A DNA stretch of 64,000 bases from contig JAHRWA010000010.1 of assembly GCA_019090455.1 (NCBI GenBank), positions 211,366-275,365 of the forward strand. Direction: 5' to 3'. Shown here piece by piece: positions 60,279 to 64,000 of this stretch. Below the pieces are notes generated by a model. The model did no database searches, was not told the DNA's origin, and saw nothing but the letters and a program-made list of their open reading frames with translations. Source of the DNA: Pseudomonadales bacterium. Lineage in GTDB: Bacteria > Pseudomonadota > Gammaproteobacteria > Pseudomonadales > DC-out160. Within the stretch, counting starts at the first letter, position 1. The number at the start of each line of letters is the position of its first letter. Position numbers and translations under genes: made by a program.

Positions 60279-60617
60279 TTAATTATGTCTACTCACCCTT
60301 AGACTCATATTTAACAAAAAAAACCGAACAAACTGTTGCCTACCTTAATTTGGCATCCCATATAATCTGCCCTCCCTCACCATGGATAGCCAAATTTACG
60401 AGACAAATATATTAGCTTCATATACTTGACTTGGGAGTCTGCACGTCTTTCTTGCATTACGCAAATTGTTTGGCTTTAAGCACCGCAAAGCAATCGCAGG
60501 GGGTATTTGATTGCCCCACGCTTAGTTTAGTAACCGAATCAAATACATCTATTTTCGAATAAGTTAGCTCTCATCAACACAGCTCAAATATAACAATAAC
60601 TCTAGACAATAATAGCC

Positions 60618-61451
60618 TTAAGCAACATGAACAACGCGAGACCTTTTATCAAATCTAGAAGTCGAACCAGCATAACTGCGGACAATAGGAGACAATATTT
60701 CACTCACTTTATTGAGCAAATTAACATGGCTAGTATTGATAAAGAAATGATCACCATCAAAGAGCTGCATACTAAACTCTCTACAAGTTTGATACACCCA
60801 ATCTTCAAGGTGTCTAGCAGTCACTCCCCCATCATCAATACCACCGAATGCCGTGATCGGAACTTCAAGTGGTTTATCGTCAATATATTTCCATGTTTCA
60901 ATCAACTTGATATCAGCTCTCAAAATTGGACTCACTAGCTCCATCAACTCGGGATGTTCCAGAGCTTCATCTGGCGTACCATTTAGCTTCTTAATTTCTT
61001 CAATAAAGTCTTCTTCAGATAAACGATGAATCGACCTATGACTTGAATCAATTTGAGGTGCACACCTTCCTGAAACGAACAACTGCACCGGTGACACTTC
61101 AGAACATTGACGTAGCCTGCGTGTGAGTTCAAATGCAACCTGGGCTCCCATACTGTGACCAAAAAATGCAAAAGGCACATCGAAGTGCGGGGTAAACTCC
61201 TGAACCAAGGCATCAAGCAACAAGTTCATACTCGTCAACGATGGTTCTCGAAAACGCGTACCGCGACCGGGTAACTGTACGCTGCAGACTTCAACCCCAT
61301 TCGGTACCTGATTACACCAGTCCCGGAATGTACTGGCACTTCCGCCAGCATAGGAAAAGCAGAACAATCTAACAGTCGGATTTTCTACTCTTTTTTGAAC
61401 GTGAAACCACGGGCTTTGATACAAGCTCTTGGATACATGATGATTACTCAT
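60618..61451 (-). CDS. Type II thioesterase (NRPS/PKS editing TE-like)
   Basis: 277 aa. RLFCFSYAGGSASTFRDW and GHSMG nucleophile elbow, with a late GDHFF motif. Confidence 0.85.
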   Translation of the reverse strand: MSNHHVSKSLYQSPWFHVQKRVENPTVRLFCFSYAGGSASTFRDWCNQVPNGVEVCSVQLPGRGTRFREPSLTSMNLLLDALVQEFTPHFDVPFAFFGHSMGAQVAFELTRRLRQCSEVSPVQLFVSGRCAPQIDSSHRSIHRLSEEDFIEEIKKLNGTPDEALEHPELMELVSPILRADIKLIETWKYIDDKPLEVPITAFGGIDDGGVTARHLEDWVYQTCREFSMQLFDGDHFFINTSHVNLLNKVSEILSPIVRSYAGSTSRFDKRSRVVHVA

Positions 61452-61780
61452 TTGACTTTCCCTTAATAACTTTATTTTTTTTGTTTTAAGTTATTATTTT
61501 AGCTATTTTATACTTTGTATATACGAAGAGGCCTTGAGCGTTCCCGACATCCGTATAAATTATATTTGCTCACCTACACAGCTCGATTAACTGGGCCGTG
61601 AAAATCACTGTATCGCTAATGAGCCACCATTAAACTGGACCTTAAGTGTGTAGTCAATTTTTTCCTGTTGGGTTATGGTAATCGCAAGATTAGTGTTTAC
61701 TTACATCAAGTAACAATCAATTTACTCAAACCCCTAACCCAAAAAACGCTAACGATTTACTTGTATTGCAGCTAGCAATA

Positions 61781-63100
61781 TTAGCTTGCTATCTGTGCTT
61801 GAAACCCTTTTTCAAATGCTCTTTTTGCTATTTCTAAGCCCTGCTCAAGCACTTTCATCGGAATATTCAGGGGCGGCAAAAACTTAACCACTTGACCATT
61901 TCGCCCTGCACTTTCCAGAATCAAGCCGTTTTCGAAACAATTCATCAAAATATCATTAACTAAGCTCTCATCTTGCAACTGACTCAGATCCACCCCCCAT
62001 ATCATACCAATACCCCGCACCTCGATACGCGGATCTAATACGGCTATAGATTTCTTAAGGAAATTTTCAATGACTCGCATTTTTTGGGAAACTTGACTTG
62101 CTATATTCTCGTCATGCCAGATTTTTATCGCTGCTTCACCGCCAACAAATGCGAGCTGGTTCCCACGAAAAGTCCCGTTGTGTTCTCCAGGCAGCCAATT
62201 ATCAAGTTCAGGTTTAATTAGCACCAACGCTAGAGGAAGACCATATCCACTAATCGACTTCGATAGCGTCACCATGTCTGGCTGAATACCGGCACGCTCA
62301 AATGAGAAAAAGTCACCCGTTCTACCGCAACCTACTTGAATGTCATCCACTATCAGCAACATATCATGTTTATCACAGACGGCGCGTAACCCGTGCAGCC
62401 ACTCAGTAGGGGCGACGATAACACCTCCTTCCGCCTGCACTGTCTCAACTATGACCGCAGCAGGGACTTCGACTCCAGAATTAGGATCACTCAACACTTG
62501 ATCCATGTACTCAATCGTGTTGAGATTTTTCATATAGCCGTAGGGGTAAGGCATAAAGGTAACGTTATTCAAGGGTGTCCCAGCCCCCTCTCGATTGAAC
62601 TTATTGCCAGTGACCGACAAAGCCCCTGCAGTCATTCCGTGAAACCCACCTTGAAAGGCGATAATGCCAGTTCGACCTTTGTTTTTTCTAGCCAGCTTCA
62701 TCGCAGCTTCAACTGCATTGGTTCCAGTTGGACCACAAAACTGAGTTTTATAATGATAACCCCGGGGTTTCAAAATCAATTCATGCAAGGCAACCAAGAA
62801 GCTACGCTTTGCACTCGTAAACAGGTCAAGACCGTGGATGATATTATCTGACTGAAGGTATTCAATCAGTTTATCTTTAATCAGATCGTGGTTGTGCCCG
62901 TAATTGAGAGCACCAGCACCGGCAAAAAAATCTATATACTCCCTACCCTGCTCATCGGTCAGAATAGAGCCTTTTGCCTTAGTAAATACCACAGGATACG
63001 ACCGACAATACGAGCGAACTTGTGATTCGTAATCATTGAATACATCGGTATTCATAGCAACAGCCTCGTTTGTTTTTATTATTTGTCTAAAGATTCTCAT
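61781..63100 (-). CDS. Diaminobutyrate--2-oxoglutarate transaminase (class III aminotransferase; EctB/PvdH/Dat-like)
   Basis: 439 aa. ESQVRSYCRSYPVVFTKAKGS...YIDFFAGAGALNYGHN...GPTGTNAVEAAMKLAR...DDIQVGCGRTG...TLSKS (PLP Lys). No ectA or ectC is adjacent. Confidence 0.88.
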   Translation of the reverse strand: MRIFRQIIKTNEAVAMNTDVFNDYESQVRSYCRSYPVVFTKAKGSILTDEQGREYIDFFAGAGALNYGHNHDLIKDKLIEYLQSDNIIHGLDLFTSAKRSFLVALHELILKPRGYHYKTQFCGPTGTNAVEAAMKLARKNKGRTGIIAFQGGFHGMTAGALSVTGNKFNREGAGTPLNNVTFMPYPYGYMKNLNTIEYMDQVLSDPNSGVEVPAAVIVETVQAEGGVIVAPTEWLHGLRAVCDKHDMLLIVDDIQVGCGRTGDFFSFERAGIQPDMVTLSKSISGYGLPLALVLIKPELDNWLPGEHNGTFRGNQLAFVGGEAAIKIWHDENIASQVSQKMRVIENFLKKSIAVLDPRIEVRGIGMIWGVDLSQLQDESLVNDILMNCFENGLILESAGRNGQVVKFLPPLNIPMKVLEQGLEIAKRAFEKGFQAQIAS

Positions 63101-63472
63101 TAAAAATCGATGCTTCGCCGATTATCACACTAATAGAGCCATAACAAAATGGTGAAGGCAACATTCTCAACAGGCTTTAAAGGCTGCGCCGGGCTCTTGT
63201 AACTCAGATAGAAGAAGAAACAAAAAAATTCCCTTCAAGACCCCTATTTCAGAAACCTATGAGCAGCACATTCCAATATTTAAAGTTTACGGTATTTCAA
63301 CAGCTTATAAAGCTTTCAGTCAATAGACGTAAGCTAGAACCCATCATCTCCAACAAGACAATGACAACCAACCCATCAGCCGGCAGTGATAACCTTTGTC
63401 ATTTAAGACACAAAGCGTTTACAAGAATCCACAGGATTAACACCAAATATTCAAGCGAATTAACCGTCCAAT

Positions 63473-63679
63473 CTAGCTTTTCTGCTTGTTGCGTATGCTT
63501 GTCACTACTTCACCCCCAATCCCCCAGTTATCGGTACTCACCTCATCTATCACCACCACAGTGGTAGCGGGGTTTTTATGTAACACATCGACCATTAACT
63601 GTGTTACCCCTTGAATCAATTTCGCTTTCTGCTCCGGTGTTACACCTTCATCGGTTATTTTGATATTAATGTAGGGCAT
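63473..63679 (-). CDS. 4-oxalocrotonate tautomerase family enzyme
   Basis: 68 aa. Starts MPYINIKI (catalytic Pro1), with typical 4-OT length and pattern. Confidence 0.85.
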   Translation of the reverse strand: MPYINIKITDEGVTPEQKAKLIQGVTQLMVDVLHKNPATTVVVIDEVSTDNWGIGGEVVTSIRNKQKS

Positions 63680-63707
63680 AGTAATCTCCTTAATTGGCTC
63701 ATTTTAT

Positions 63708-64000
63708 TTATGGATGGTCCGATTTCTTTTTCATTTTTTGGGTGCCGAAAGAAAGCAATTTTTCATTAACTACCCGGCTGTGGGACAACCACGCCCCTAC
63801 ACTGACCAAAATCAACCCAAGCACCAGTGATCGTGTGGCCGACTCATCAAAAACGATTAAAGCAGACACCCCAGAAAATACCGGGACAAATGCCATCATC
63901 GCGCCAGTGGAAGCGGGACCTATCAGCTGAATCGCCCTAGTGTACAAAATCATTTGAATGATCGTTGCCAGCACACCCTGATAAAACGCTTGAATTAAGA
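63708..64000 (-). CDS. EamA/DMT-family transporter, C-terminal part (gene start lies beyond the right edge)
   Basis: Hydrophobic helices with the pattern IQMILYTRAIQLIGPASTGAMMAFVPVFSGVSALIVFDE typical of an EamA domain. The reading frame stays open to the window end. Confidence 0.7.
   Translation of the reverse strand, partial: LIQAFYQGVLATIIQMILYTRAIQLIGPASTGAMMAFVPVFSGVSALIVFDESATRSLVLGLILVSVGAWLSHSRVVNEKLLSFGTQKMKKKSDHP

Noticed and set aside
62393-62851. 152-aa plus-strand ORF
   Set aside because: It is antisense to the well-supported class III aminotransferase gene.
63259-63567. 102-aa plus-strand ORF in and past the 63101-63472 intergenic region
   Set aside because: It runs into the 4-OT tautomerase gene on the opposite strand and has low-complexity translation with no RBS. 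The region more likely holds the promoter of the aminotransferase gene.

Overview
This 64-kb window looks like chromosomal DNA from a gammaproteobacterium, possibly marine; the lineage is a guess from gene content. Most genes are on the minus strand and densely packed.

Housekeeping backbone:
- prmB (partial), folE, an acyl-CoA ligase, sixA and gpsA.
- htpG with a textbook sigma-32 promoter.
- A complete TCA block, sdhCDAB-sucAB-lpdA-sucCD, with divergent gltA.

Accessory modules embedded in the backbone:
1. 3.15-6.74 kb: a tight six-gene minus-strand operon of unknown function. It encodes a DUF1629/Imm11-like protein and a 402-aa protein whose C-terminal half reads as a caspase/CHAT-like His-Cys peptidase. 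Three small cytoplasmic proteins (two with a PepSY-like pattern) and a small secreted protein follow. I consider this the best candidate for an undescribed system.
2. 31.3-36.6 kb: a translationally coupled DUF2760 + Hsp70 paralog + 954-aa Hsp70-like trio.
3. 39.1-53.8 kb: a Tad/Flp (type IVc) pilus locus. It has an FHA-CpaF fusion ATPase, a second membrane FHA protein and a divergent Ser/Thr kinase, but no tadV or tadZ. RCC1-repeat and MORN-repeat lipoproteins flank it.
4. An S8 protease with a GlyGly-CTERM-like tail.
5. An RND pump and adaptor that both carry long unusual C-terminal tails.
6. A thioesterase II / diaminobutyrate aminotransferase / 4-OT tautomerase fragment.

I found no rRNA, tRNA, CRISPR array, integrase or transposase. 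All functional calls rest on motif reading of the supplied translations and my own translation of the edges; no database search was possible.
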